Shown here: positions 11,760 to 25,600 of the stretch, in pieces
How positions within the stretch are numbered: the stretch's first letter is position 1
How the letters are laid out: each line of letters opens with the position of its first letter
DNA from: Mobula hypostoma
Lineage: Eukaryota
Length of the DNA stretch: 64,000 nt
Direction of reading: 5' to 3'
NCBI RefSeq assembly: GCF_963921235.1
Contig: NC_086097.1
Coordinates: forward strand, 255,628,001-255,692,000
Notes under the pieces: generated by a model
The model's input: only the letters and a program-made list of their open reading frames with translations
What the model was told of the DNA's origin: nothing
Database searches by the model: none
Position numbers and translations under genes: made by a program

Positions 11760-13950
11760 GGAATCAAATTTGAATCGAATTGACTTTATTTCTTACATCT
11801 TTCACATACACAAGTAAAAATCTTTACGTTACGTCACCGTCTAAATGTGCAATCATAGTAATTTATAATAACTTATAATAAATAGAACAGTCAGTGTAAC
11901 ATAGAAATGCAGTCAAATCAGAGCAAATTAATCAGTCTGATGGCCTGGTGGAAGAAGCTGTCCTTGAGTCTGTTGGTCCTGGCTTTTATGCTGCGGTACC
12001 GTTTCCCAGATGGTAGCAGCTGGAATAGACTGTGGTTGGGGTGGTTCGGGTCCCCAAAGATCCTACTGGCCCTTTTTTCCATAGCTGTCTTTGTAAGTAT
12101 CCTGAATTATGGCAAGTTCACAATTGTACAGATGCGCTGGGTTGCCCACACCACTCTCTGCAGAGTCCTGCGACTAAGGAAGGTACAGTTCCCATACCAC
12201 ACAGTGATGCAGCCAGTCAGGATGCTCTCAATTGCACCCCTGTAGAAAGTTATTAGGATCTGGGGACCTATACCAAACTTCCTGAACCATCTGAGGTGAA
12301 AGAGGCTGTGTTGTTCCTTTTTCACCACACAGTTGGAGTGTACAGACCATGTGAGGTTCTCAGTGATGTGGATGCCAAGGAACTTAAAGCTGTTTACCCT
12401 CTCAACCCCAGATCCACTGATGTCAATAGAGGTTAGCCCATCTCCATTCCTCCTGTAATCCACGACCAGCTACTTTGTTTTTGAAACATTGAGGGAGAGG
12501 TTGTTTTCTTGACACCACTGTTCCCGATGTTGGGGAAGTCCAGAACGAGGGGTCACAGTTTGAGGATAGAGGGGAAGCCTTTTGGGACCGAGATTAGGAA
12601 AAACTTCTTCACACAGAGAGTGGTGAATCTGTGGAATTCTCTGCCACAGGAAACTGTTGAGGCCAGTTCATTGGCTATGTTTAAGAGGGAGTTAGATATG
12701 GCCCTTGTGGCTACAGGGGTCAGGGGGTATGGAGGGAAGGCTGGGTTCTGAGTTGGATGATCAGCCATGATCATAATAAATGGCGGTGCAGGCTCGAAGG
12801 GCCAAATGGCCTACTCCTGCACCTATTTTCTATGTTTCTGTGTTTCCCTGTAGGTCACCTCGTTATTGTTTAAGATTAGGCCAATCAATGTAGTGTTGTC
12901 AGCAAATTTAATTAGCAGATTAGAGCTGTGGGTGACGATGCAGTCATGGGTATACAGGGAGTAAAGGAGGGGACTTAGTACAGTCTTGAGGGGCTTCCGT
13001 GTTGCGAGTCAGAGGTGTGGAGGTGAGGAAGATCACTCTTATCACCTGCCGGCGATCTGACAGGAAGTCCAGGATCCAGCTGCACAAGGCAGGGTGAAGG
13101 CCGAGCTTCTTGTTGAGCCTGGATGGATTTATAGTGTTGAATGATGAACTGTAGTCCGAGAACAGCATTCTGACATGAGCATTCTTCTTCTCCAGATGTA
13201 CAAGGACGGTATGTAGAACAGTGGCTATTGCGTCATCTGTCGACCGGTTGTGTCAGTAGGCGAATTGTAGGGGGTCCAGTTTGGGTGGTAGCAAACTGCA
13301 GATGTAATCCTTGACCAGCCTCTCAAAGCATTTGCTTGTTGTTGAAGTAAATGCAACAGGATGCCAGTCATTCAGGCATTTTACCTTGGTCTTTTTTGGT
13401 ACACGGAAAATGATGGATAATTTGAAGCAGGAGGGCACTCTACACTGGGAGAGGGAGAGATCCAGTGGTTTTGCAAACTATCCATAAGCTGTCTGCAAGA
13501 TGTCGCCATTGGTCATAAACTAAGAACTCAATGGAGTGCCAATCAAATCTTCTGGTATTGAGGATACATCTATACAAATCCCTGCAGCATCCGCTGACCC
13601 AATGATCTCTGTCTCAGAGGACAACATCAGAACATCTTTCAAGAGCGTGAACTCTTGTAAGGTGTCAAGTCCTGATGGTGTACCTGCTACAAGCTGCTGT
13701 CTACTAACTACAGCTCAGCATTCAACGCAATCATACCCTCACTTCTAATCAAAAAGCTCCAAAACCTGGGCCTCTGTACCTCCCTCTGCAACCAGATCCT
13801 TGACTTCTCACCAGACCAGTCTTTGCAGATTAAAATAACACCCCCTTCTCACTGACAATCAACACAGACGTACCAAGGATATGTGCTTGGCCCAATGTTC
13901 TCTCTCCACACCCACGACAGTATGGCTCAGCACAGCTCAAATACCCATCA
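11760..13950 (-). mobile_element. Rex1/Babar LINE fragments
   Basis: LDPLQFAY, DYSSSFNTI, FKFLGIHI, FYRGAIESILTGCITVWYG motifs; (ATTC)n-like tail near 11765. Confidence 0.8.
12518..12845 (+). mobile_element. CR1 family A 3' fragment inserted in a Rex/Babar LINE
   Basis: Matches the 3' end of family A copies (LFPMLGKSRTRGH...GGKAGF* plus tail). Confidence 0.9.
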
Positions 13951-15879
13951 AAAGAAAATGATAGTAATGCAATTTCTGTCCATAATGTTTATGCCTCTCA
14001 TCGTAAACACCTCTATCAGGTCACCTCTCATCCTCCGTTGCTCTAAGGAAAAAAGGCCAAGTTCACTCAACCTATTCTCATAATGCATGCTCCCCAATCC
14101 AGGCAACATCCTTGTAAATCTCCTCTGCACCCTTACTATAGTTTCTACATACTTCCTGTAGAGAGGTGACCAGAACTGAGCACAGTACTCCAAGTGGGGT
14201 CTGACCAGGGTCCTACGTAACTGTAACATTAAGCCTCGGCTCCTAAACTCAATCCCACAATTGATGAAGGCCACTGCACCATATGCTGTCTTAACCAGAG
14301 TAAACCTGCGCAGCAGCTTTGAGTATCCTGTGGACACAGGCACCAAGATCCCTCTGATCATTCACACTGCTAAGAGTCTTACCATTAATACTATATTCTG
14401 CCATATTTGACCTACCAAAATGAACCACCTCACACTTATCTGGGTTGAACTTCATCTGCCACTTCTCAGCGTAGTTTTGCATCCAATTATGTCCCACTAT
14501 AACCTCTGACAGTCCTCCACACTATCCACAACACCCCTAACCTTTATGTTATCAGCAAATTTACTAACCCATCCCTCCACTTCCTCATCCAGGTCATTCA
14601 TAAAAGTTATGGAGAAGGGGTCCCAGAACAGATCCCTGAGGCACACCACTGGTCACCAGCCTCCATGCAGAACATGACCAGTCCACAACCACTTTTTGCC
14701 TTCTGTGGGCAAGCCAATTCTGGAACCACAAAGTAAGGTCCCCTTGGATCCCATGCCTCCTTACTTTCTCAATAAGCCTTGAATGGGGTACCTTATCAAA
14801 TGCCTTGCTGAAATCCATATACACTACATCTACTGCTCTACCTTCAATGTGTTTAGTCACATCCTCAAAAAATTCAATTAAGCTCGTAAGGCACGACTTG
14901 CCTTTGAAACAGTCATGCTGACTATTTCTAATCATATTATGCCTCTCCAAATCTTCATAAATCCTGCCTCTCATGATCTTTCCCATCAACTTACCAACCA
15001 CTGAAGTAAGACTCACTGGTCTATAATTTCCTCAGCTATCTCTACTCCCTTTCTTGATTAAGGGAACAACATCTGCAACCCATTGCCAGAGGCTCAGCAA
15101 TCTCCTCCCTCAGTAGCCTAGGGTGTATCTTGTCTGGTACTGGTGACTTGATGCTTTCCAAAATCACCAGTATATATCCTCTTTCTTAATGTCTATATGC
15201 TAAAGCTTTTCATTACGCTGCAAGCCCTCCTTACAATCACCAAGGCCCTTTTCCGCAGTGAATACCCAAGCAATGTATTCATGTATCTCCGCTATCTCCT
15301 CCGGTTCCATACATACTTTTCCAGTTTCTTTTTTTTTTAATTTTATTTTTATTGGATAAGGAATTCACAATTATCATGTACTTTTTTCACACATATAACC
15401 TTTTCCATTTTTTTATATGTATAAAACTACAATTATTTATACATTCTTAAGTACACATTGAGATGATATAAAAGGAAAATAAACATTTAAATAGATAATT
15501 ATGTACTGTGGTAAATCTAACCTATTAGGCTAAGTAATGAAATTAGTTGTTAAGAAAAATGGTAATAATAGTTTCCATACAACCCTTCTGGACCATTTCC
15601 ACTGGTCCAAAATGTTGCATACAAGCCTATATACCAACCATTGTAGGTGTTTATATCCCAATTTGTTCGTGCTTGTTCCTGCCCGCAGACATAATTATCC
15701 AATCCGTATGTACTTATTTACTTAATTTTTTCATTTTTTTTTAATTCCTTTCCCAAATCTTTCCCTTTACTTGTGTTAATTCTCTATTTTCCAAAAAAAA
15801 ACAAACATTTAGACTAGGGGTGCTTACGTTAGCAATATTACTGTGTTGATGAGAAGAGCAATATAAATCATTAGGAGAG

Positions 15880-18800
15880 TCATCTAAAGTCTGCTCGCAT
15901 TGGGGTTATATATTCAATCCATTTATTCCAGATTTGATAAAATGTTTCTTTTTGAGTTCTCAGGGAGTAAGTCAACTTTTCCATTTTAAATATTTCCAAA
16001 ATAATTTCGTACCAATCTTCTAATGGAGGTGGTATTGGATTTAGCCATTTTCTATTGATTGATTTCTTACTTGCCGCTAAGAGGGCCTGCAGCAACTTTA
16101 TATCTTCCTTCTGTTCAAGGAACAATACATGCCCCAAATAGAGCGTCTCAAAGTTCAGAGGTATCTGGGACCTAAGTACCTTAACTAATATTCTATGAAT
16201 ACCTTCCCAAAATAGACTTAATTTAGGGCAATCCCAGAAAATATGAAAATGATTTGCCTCCTTGGAGCCGCACCTTCTCCAACACATCACGTTTGTATCT
16301 TTATATTTTTCCTGATATGGGGTCTTGAAGTATCTTATAATGTTTTTCCAACAATGTTCTCTCCAAGTCAAAGAATTAGTCGAGGACCATTGAAAGCTGC
16401 AGATTTTCCCCCAAGCCTCCTCTGAAAGTACCAACCCCGCTTCTTTCTCCCACTTCTATTTAATATACGGTGTATTTACATTTTTAGCATGGGAGAGTGC
16501 ATTATATAGGCGAGAAACTGATTTACTAGGTATTGAACTGCAAGCCGAATTCAGAATCTTGAAAAATTCTAATTTTACTGTTGATAGGTCTGTATATCTA
16601 CAACTCTGGTTAACATAGTTTCGTATTTGAAGGTACCTAAAAAAAGTCATTATGTTCTAGGCCATGTTTGTCCTGCAGGATTTGGAAACTTTGTAATACT
16701 CTTTTATCTATAAAAGAGAGGTAGGTTGTAAGACCTTTCTTTATCCATAGCTCAAATCTTTTATCTCCTCTGTTGGGAAGGAATTCGGTATCATATGCAC
16801 ACCATCTAAAGAGTTTTAACATGTTATTAATTCCACATGAATTAACCACCTTCTGCCATACTTTTAATGTAAGATTTATCCAAGCGTTATTAAATTTTTC
16901 CAACTGGGCCATCAATCCTTTGTCAGCTATTGAGGCCTGAAGAGGAAAACTGTCAACTAATCCAAATTCTATTTCCTTCCATCTAGCCTTATATTCCCTA
17001 TTACACCAATATAACAGAGGGGTTATCTGTGAGGCATAAAAATAATTTCTCAGGCAAGGAAGAACCATACCTCCTCCTTCCTTCCCTAACTGTAAGGTGT
17101 TATATCGAATTCTAGGTTTCCTTCCTTGCCAAATGAAGCGGGAAATCCATTTGTCCCATTCCCTGAATTGATTATCATCCACCTCCACTGGTAAAGTACG
17201 GAAAAGATATAATAACAGAGGAAGAATATTCATTTTTATAGTATTTATCCTTGAATTTAAACTTAAAAAGGGGATAAGATTCCATCTATGCATATCTGCT
17301 TTTATCTCTGAGATTAATGGCCCATAATTTACCTGTGACAGTGTTGAAAGATCCTTCGGCAGGGTTATTCCTAAATATTTTAATGATTTAGCTTCCCACT
17401 TAAGATCGTATGTATCCTGCAATTTTTTGGATGGTGTATAATTTAGGGACATAACCTGCGTTTTCTTTACATTTATTTTATAACCTGATATTTTCCCAAA
17501 GTCATCCAACAGTGTAAACAATCCTATAAATGATTTTTCTGGTTCACTCAGATAGACCAAAACATCATCTGCGAATAACGCCACTTTCTGTTCAATCCCT
17601 GCCACCTTGATACCTTTTACGATTTCGCTCTGTCTTATTAGTTGGGCAAGTGGTTCAATATATAGCGCAAAAAGGAGAGGAGAAATTGGGCATCCCTGTC
17701 TAGTGCCTCTCTCTAAAATGAAGGAGTCAGAGAGGTCCCCATTTATCTTAATTCGGGCTGTTGGGCTGTCATACAGAGTCTGAATTACTTTAATAAACCT
17801 TTCTTGAAAGCCGAATCTTCCTAACACTCTGTATAGGAATGCCCAACTAACCGAATCAAAAGCTTTCTCAGCGTCCAATCCTACTACCATTGTCTCTATC
17901 TCGTTCTTATTAACCTGTTCTAATATGTGCAGAGTTCTCCTTATGTTGTCCTGTGTTTGTCTTTGTTGAATAAATCCAGTCTGGTCTAAATGGATTAGGC
18001 CAGGTAAAAGCTTTTCCAATCTGCGCGCTAATATAGATGTAAATAGTTTGTAATCTAAATTAAGAACACTAATTGGCCGATAATTGCCACATTCTAGTTT
18101 ATCTTTACCCTCTTTAGGAATAACTGAAATAATCGCTTCTCTCCAGTAAGGTGGAGTTTCTCCTCTCTGCAAGATCCAATTAAAGGTGTTAAGTAGTAAT
18201 GGGGCTAACTGTGTCTTCAGGGACTTGTACCACTCTGAGGTAAACCCATCAGAACCCGGGGACTTTCCAGCCTTTAACCTAGAGATGGCCACGTTCAGTT
18301 CTTTGACAGTTACTGGTTCTAATAAACTTTCATTTTGTAAATCTGTAAGTTTAGGTAGATCTAAAAAATTCAATACACTGTCTATATAGGGCTCATTGGG
18401 GGCCCGGGGTTGGGAGTACAGCTCTCGATAATATGTTTCAAAACTCTCTTGAATTTTCCCTATTGTACTCTCCACAAGCTTTGTCTTTGGATTCTTTATT
18501 TTATGAATTGTATTGTCTGCTTGTTGTTTTCGTAATTTATATGCTAATAATCTAGCTGATTTACCTCCTACTTCATAATTCTTTTGTCTCAGGTAAAGAA
18601 AATTTCTTTGAGTTTCCAACGTATAAATATCATCAATTTCACTTTGCAATTTCCTAATTTCCTGTTTTTGATTTGAATTACTTTTGTTGCTATCTACAAC
18701 TTGAAGTTGTTTTAATTTTCCTTGAAGGTCTGCTAATTTTTGTGCATTGATTTTTTTCATGTGAGTAGTAATGGAAATAATTTTCCCTCTCAGTACAGCT

Positions 18801-19668
18801 TTCAATGTATCCCATAAAATCACTGGTGATGTTTCTCCCATGTCATTAAGGTCTCGATATTCTTTGATTTCTCCCCTTAATCTCTCCATTACTTTCGGGT
18901 TATTGAGTATATGTGAGTTTAGCCTCCATAGTGTTTTCCTCATTTTCCTTTCCAGGATTAGAGACATAGAGACTGGGCTATGATCCAACAGATCAATTGT
19001 TGCAATATTACAGTTTTTTATCCTGAGTCTATCTGTATTAAAGATAAAGAAATAGTCTATCCTTGAATAGGCTGAATGAGGGAAAGAGTAATATGTATAA
19101 TCTTTACTAGTAGGGTGTAATTCCCTCCAGACATCTATAATTCCCAACTCCTCCATCAATGAATTCACTTTCCGAGTCAGAGGTTTATTCTGAGTAACTA
19201 TTCTTGAAGAATCTAATATAGGATTTAATCTAATATTAAAATCCCCTCCACAAATTACTACCCCTCGAGAACTGACCATTAGGTCAAAAATGTGTCTATA
19301 AAATGACCATTCACTACCTGGAGGAGCATAAACATTCAGCAATGTTATTTCTGTACCTTCTATTCTTCCTGTGATTTTTTACAAACCATCCTTCTTTGTC
19401 TCTAGTCTCTGAAATATGTTCATAATTAAGAGTACTTGATATTAAAGTAGCTACCCCTCTTTTGTGACTCAATTTATGATGAATAAAATATATGCTTAAA
19501 GCCCATTCTTTTTAATTTTCCATGTTCAGATTGGCTCATATGTGTTTCCTGGAGGAAAGCTATTTGTGCCCTCTCTTTTTTCAATTTAGACATAATCTTA
19601 TTTCTTTTAATTGGATTCAAAACCCCATTAACATTATAGGAAATTATTTTTACCAATTCAGTTTGCAT
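15880..19668 (-). pseudogene. L1 ORF2p (APE endonuclease, RT, CCHC), disrupted
   Basis: SYNVNG/LQETH/GGDFN/SRIDY endonuclease motifs, RT LDAEKAFD, RQGCPISP and LFADD, C-terminal CWRRCG...HIFWDC. Frameshifts near 19475, 19378 and 16640; in-frame TAG at 16456-16458. Confidence 0.92.
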
Positions 19669-20028
19669 TTTTCTCTAGTAGAAAAAAAGCACTCTCCTTT
19701 TCTAACCAAACAGTAAGCAATCCCTTCTCAACAGTAAACCAAGACATATAACCACACCCTAGACATTTCTGAACGTGTAACATTTGAAAATTTTTCCCGA
19801 CTTCCCACAGTGAGGCCTGAGCACTGACCCGCCTCAGTTCAGAGGGATAACCTCTATCTTCACCCTGTGTTAGAGGGCCCTCAGCAGTTTGAATAATCAG
19901 AGAATTTTCTCCTATTTATGTCTCGACCATATTGCTATCATTCAAGTTATTCCGCCTAGTTTATTTTCAGTTACCAGTTTTCATTTTACTTTTAAGTCCA
20001 ATTCACTCTTTTCAGTCATTTCTCTTAA

Positions 20029-21015
20029 TTAATCTGTATTCTCTGTACATTCACGTCTGAATATTTGCAGCTTTTCCTTGTAGTTTGACACTCTGGTTCG
20101 AGTGGAGCGTCCTCGCCCCACTAACTGCCACGACTTCTGCCAAATCCTCTCCAGTAGCGACTCCGGTTGGGTGATAACTTTAATAGGTAGTCCCCGGTCC
20201 GCCAGGGCCAACGTTCCCTCCTCCACCGTAGCGCAAGTTTTTGTCCCTTCGTCGTAAAAGACTCTCAGCCGAGCTGGATACAGGGTCTGGAATCTGATGT
20301 TGTTTTCCTTCAGGACTCTCCGTGTTTCCGTATATTCCTTCCATCTGGCAAGAATTCCCGGTGCGTAGTCGTGGTCTAAACTGATTTTGCAGTTGTTCCA
20401 CATGAAACCTTTCTTTTGCCATGCTCTTTTAAGCACCTCTTCCTTCGTTCTGTAACTGAGAAATCTGATCAGAATCGATCTGGGCTGGGCGCCTGCTGGA
20501 GGCTGTGGTGCCAACGCGCGGTGAGCCCTTTCTATCTGTAGGTCTTTTGCGGCCGGTATATCAAGGTTCTCTCTAAGCAGCTTCTCCACGAAGGGAATCA
20601 TCAATCCGGGTTTACCTTCGGTTCCTTCAGGAACTCCGTAGATCCTCACATTTTCCCTTCTCGAGCGGCCTTCTTGATCTATTAGTTTCCACTGGAGCTG
20701 GTCTTGTAGCTTCAGCATTTCTGCTATCACTTCCTCGGCGTTTTGTAGCTTCTCTTCAATTCCAACAATCCTCGCTTCGGCTTCATCTATCCGCGAGTTA
20801 GTTTTTACTATTTCTCCTTTAATATCTTCCAGCTGTTTGCTGTTATCTTGTCGGAACTCGCGAATCTCTCCGAGAATCAAAGATAGAGTCACCGATTCCC
20901 CCTCATTATCTCCGTCCTGGCTTGCCATGGGGGAGCTAGGCTCATCGCCTTGCTGCATCTCTTTATGTTTATCAGCCTTCGAAGCGGACTTTTTATTCTT
21001 GTTCTTAGACATCAT
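20029..21015 (-). CDS. L1 ORF1p (coiled-coil, RRM, CTD RNA chaperone), intact 328 aa
   Basis: Motifs EGRSRRENVRIYGVPE, IERAHR and PRSILIRFL are typical of L1 ORF1. Heptad-like N-terminal half. Confidence 0.9.
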   Translation of the reverse strand: MMSKNKNKKSASKADKHKEMQQGDEPSSPMASQDGDNEGESVTLSLILGEIREFRQDNSKQLEDIKGEIVKTNSRIDEAEARIVGIEEKLQNAEEVIAEMLKLQDQLQWKLIDQEGRSRRENVRIYGVPEGTEGKPGLMIPFVEKLLRENLDIPAAKDLQIERAHRALAPQPPAGAQPRSILIRFLSYRTKEEVLKRAWQKKGFMWNNCKISLDHDYAPGILARWKEYTETRRVLKENNIRFQTLYPARLRVFYDEGTKTCATVEEGTLALADRGLPIKVITQPESLLERIWQKSWQLVGRGRSTRTRVSNYKEKLQIFRRECTENTD

Positions 21016-22669
21016 CCTTGCCCCTTTTATTAATATAGTTATGCAATATTAAGTATTTGTCTAAATTCGATTTTGGGGCAGTTTACCTTCTTTTTTGTCG
21101 AGAGACCTTTTCCTTACGCCGCCATTCCCTTGATGACCCAGAAGTCCCATACTTTTCCAGTTTCACATTTGATTGGTCCTATTCTCTCACGTCTTACCCT
21201 CTTGCTCTTCACATATTCGTAGAATGCCTTGGGGTTTTCCTTAACCCTGTCCACCAAGGCTTTCTCATGGCCACTTCTGGCTCTCCTAAATTCTTTCTTA
21301 AGCTCCTTCCTGCTACCCTTATAATCTTCTAGATCTCTATCATTACCTAGTTTTTTGAACCTTTCATAAGCTTTTCTTATCTTCTTGACTAGATTTTAAA
21401 CAGCCTTTGTACACTATGGTTCCTGTACCCTACCATCCTTTCCCTCTCATTGTAATGTACCTATGCAGAACTCCACGCAAATATCCCCTGAACATTTGCC
21501 ATATTTCTGCCGTACATTTCCCTGAGAACATCTGTTCCCAATTTATGCTTCCAAGTTCCTGCCTGATAGCTTCATATTTCCCCTTACTCCAATTAAACGC
21601 TTTCCTAACTTCCTATCCCACTCCAATGCTATGGTAAAGGAGATAGAATTGTGATCACTATCTCCAAATGCTCTCCCACTGAGAGACCTGACACCTGACC
21701 TGGTTCATTTCCCAATACCAGATCAAGAACAGTCTCTCCTCATGTAGGTTTATCGACATATTGTGTCAGGAAACCTTCCTGAACATATCTAACAAACTCC
21801 ACCCAATCTAAACTCCTTGCTCTAGGGAGATGCCAATCAATATGGGGAAATTAAAATCTCTCACCACAACAACCGTTATTATTGCACAGTTCCAGAATCT
21901 GTCTCCCTATCTGCTCCTCTATATCTCTGTTACTATTGGGTGGTCTATAAAAAACACCCAGTAGAGTTATTGACCCCTTCCCGTTTCTAATTTCCAAGAG
22001 ACTCAGTAGACAATCCCCCAATGACTTCCTCCTTTTCTGTAGCCATGACATTATATCTGATCAGCAGTGCCACGCCCTCACCTCTTGCCTCCCTCCCTGT
22101 CCTTTCTGAGACATCTAAAGCCTGGCACTCTAAGTAGCCATCCCTGCCCCTGAGCCATACAAGTCTCTGTAATGGCCACAATATCATAGCTTCAAGTACT
22201 GATCTACCTCTAAGCTCATCCGCTTTGTTCATGATACTCCTTGCATTAAAATAGACACATCTCAAACCATCAGTCTGAGCGCACCCCTTCTCCATCACCT
22301 CCCTCTCACACTGTCTACATGCTCTCTTGCTTGTGAGCCAAATGCCCCCTCCTCCGTCTCCAGTTCGGTTCCCACCCCCCCCAATTCTAGTTTACACTCT
22401 CCCCAATAGCCTGAGCAAACCTCTCCCTCGGTTTCACTGCAATCCGTCCTCTTTGCACGTGTCATGCCTGCCCCAAAAGAGGTCCCAATGATTCTGAAAT
22501 CTGAATCCCTGCTCCAATCCCTCAGCCACACATTTATCCACCACCTCACTCTATTCCTATACTCACTGTCATGTGGCACAGGCAGTAATCCCGAGATTAC
22601 TACCTTTGAGGTCCTGCTTCTCGACTTCCTTCCTAATTCACTACAGTTTTCAGGGAGTTACAATGAAAA

Positions 22670-25600
22670 TACAATGAAATACAATGTTGGAGAGTATATG
22701 GCTATGCATTTTGGTGGAAGAAATAAATGGGCAGATTATTATTTATATGGGAAGAGAATTCAAAATGCAGAAATGCAAAGGGCCTTGTGAGTTATTGTGT
22801 AGGATACCCTAAAGAATGACCTTTAGGTTGAGTCGGTGCTGAAGGCTTATTACAGACGATTCGGCAGATAAATATATGGCTGAGAAGCTGGCACAGGAGG
22901 CAGGGCTTCAGATTCTTCAATCATTGGGATCTCTTCTGGGGGAGACATGACCTGTTTAAAACTGACGGGTTGCACCTGAACCAGAGGGGGACTAATATTC
23001 TCGCAGGCAGTTTTGTTGGAGCTGTTGGGGAGGGTTTAACCTAATTTGGCAGGCAGGTAGGAACCAGAATGAAGGCACTCAGGATAGAACAGATGGTTAA
23101 AAAAGCATAACATACAGTCAGACTGTCAGGCAGGGCAGGTAGATGATAGGACAACATTACAGCCAGCAGGGCAAGCATCAGTGCATTGGTGATGCAAAAT
23201 CAAAAGGTAGCAAATAGAGCTTTCAAAGTGTTATATCTCAATACATGGCGTACAAAAATTAAGGTGGATGACATTGTTGCACTACTACAGATTGTCAGGT
23301 ATAATGTGGCCATCACTGAATCGTGGCTGAAAGATGGTTGTAGTTGGGAACTTGATGACCAAGGTTACACTTTGTATGGCGTGGCTCTGCTGGTAAAGAA
23401 TGGCATCAAATCAGTGGTAAGATGTGACATACGATTGGAGGATGTTGAATCCTTATGGGTTATAAAACTGCAAGAGTAAAACGACCCTGATGGCAGTTGG
23501 AGACAGTAGCTGGAATGTGGATCAAAGATTACAACAGGACGTGTATTTGGTACCAATATGCACCAAGTCATCTGGCCGCTCTCCCTCCCTCTAAGATGTG
23601 ACAGAATAGGATCAATCAAGTGTGACAGTGGAAAAGTGTGTATGGAACCGGAGGAAATAGAGGAGGTACTCAATGAATACTTTGTTTCAGTATTCACTAT
23701 GGAGAAGGATCTTGGCAATTGTAGGGATGACTTGCAGTGCACTGAAAAGCTTGAGAATGTAGATATTAAGAAGAGGATGTTCTGGAGCTTTACGAAAGCA
23801 TCAAGTTGGGTAAGTCATCAGGACCAGACAGGATGTACCCCAGGCTACTGTGGAAAATGAGGAAGGAGATTGCTGAGCCTTTGGCAATGATCTTTGCATC
23901 GTCAGTGAGGATGGGAGAGGCTCCAGAGGATTGGAGGGTTGCAGATGTTGTTCCCTTATTCAAGAAGGGGAGTAGGGATAGCCCAAGATGTTATAGGCCA
24001 GTGAGTCTTACTTCAATCGTTCATAAGTTGATGGAGAAGATCCTGAGGGGCAGGATTTATGAACATTTGGAGAAGTGTAATATGATTAGGAATTGTCAGC
24101 ATGGCTTTGTCAAGGGCAGGTCGTGCCTTACGAGCCTGACTGAATTTTTTGAGGATGTGACTGAACACATTGATGAAGGTAGAGCTGTAGATGTAGTGTA
24201 TATGGATTTTACCAAGGCATTTGATACAGTACCCCATTCAAGGCTTATTGAGAAAGTAAGGAGGCATGGGATCCAAGGAGACATTGCTTTGTGGATCCAG
24301 AACTGGCTTGCCCACGAGGCAAAGAGTGGTTGTAGGCAGGTCATATTCTGCATGGAGGCCAGTGACCAGTGGTGTGCCTCAGGGGTCTCTTCTGGGACCC
24401 CTACTCTTTCTGATTTTTGTAAATGACCTTGATGAGATGGAAGAGGGTTGGGTTAGTAAATCTGCTGATGACACAAAGGTTGGGGGTGTTGTGGATAGTG
24501 TGGAGGGCTGTCAGAGGTTACAACGGGACATTGATAGGATGCAAAACTGGGCTGAGAAGTGGCAGATGGCGTTCAACCCAGATAAGTGTGAAGTGGTTCA
24601 TTCTGGTAGGTCAAATATGATGGCAGAGTATAGTAATAATGGTAAGACTCTTGGCAGTGTGGAGGATCAGAGGGATCTAGGGGTCCCAATTCATAGGTTG
24701 ACTCTGTGGTTAAGAAGACATAGGTACATTGGCCTTCATCAATCATGGGATTGAGTTTAAGAGCCCACAGGTAATATTGAAGCTATATAGGACCCTGATC
24801 AGACCCCACTTGGAGTACTGTGCTCAATTCTGGTTGCCTCACTACAGGAAGGACGTGGAAACCATAGAAAGGGTGCAGAGGAGATCTACAAGGATGTTGC
24901 CTGGATTGGGTAGTACGCCTTATGAGAATAGGTTGAGTGAACTCGGCCTTTTCTCCTTGGAGCAACGGAGGATGAGAGGTGACCTGATGGAGGTCTACAA
25001 GATAATAAGAGGCATTGATCGTATGGATAGTCAGAGGCTTTTCTCCAGGGCTGAAATGGCTTGCACGAGAGGGCATAGTTTTAAGGTGCTTGGAAGTAGG
25101 TACAGAGGAGATGTCAGAGTTGTTGCTGTTTGATTTTTATACGCAGAGAGTGGTGAGTGCGTGGAATGGGCTGCTGGCGGCTGTGGTGGAGGCTGAAATG
25201 ATAGGGTCTTTTAAGAGACTCCTGGATGGTTACATGGAGTTTAGAAAAATAGAGGGCTATAGGTAAAGCCTAGGTAGTTCTAAGGTAGGGACATGTTCGG
25301 CACAGATTTGTGGGGCAAAGGGCCTGTATTGTGCTGTATATTTTCTATGTTTCTACGACATTGAAAAGTTCAAAAAGGCAATGTTATGATCACCATGAGA
25401 GATTTTAACATGCAGATTGATTGGGAATGGATCTCAAGAGTGAGTTTATTCAATGCCCATGAGATGGCTTTTTAGAGCAGTTTGTCATTGAGTCCACTGG
25501 GGGATTGGCTATACTGTACGGTAATGTACCAGAGGTGATTAGGGAGCTTAACGAAAAAGAGCCCTTAGGAGCCAGTGATCAATAGATGATTGAGTTCAAC

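Larger units (their letters stand above)
15329..21147 (-). mobile_element. Full-length L1-clade LINE (about 5.8 kb) inserted into a CR1
   Basis: 17-bp TSD CATACTTTTCCAGTTTC at 15312-15328 and 21148-21164. A-tail with AATAAA. 5' end GGACTTCTGGGTC...AATGGCGGCG. ORF1 plus EN/RT/CCHC ORF2. The flanks rejoin into a continuous CR1. Confidence 0.95.
13985..22640 (-). mobile_element. Degenerate CR1 (family B) split by the L1
   Basis: RT fragments 13948-15016 and EN/ORF1 remnants 21148-22640, continuous across the L1 TSD. Confidence 0.85.
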
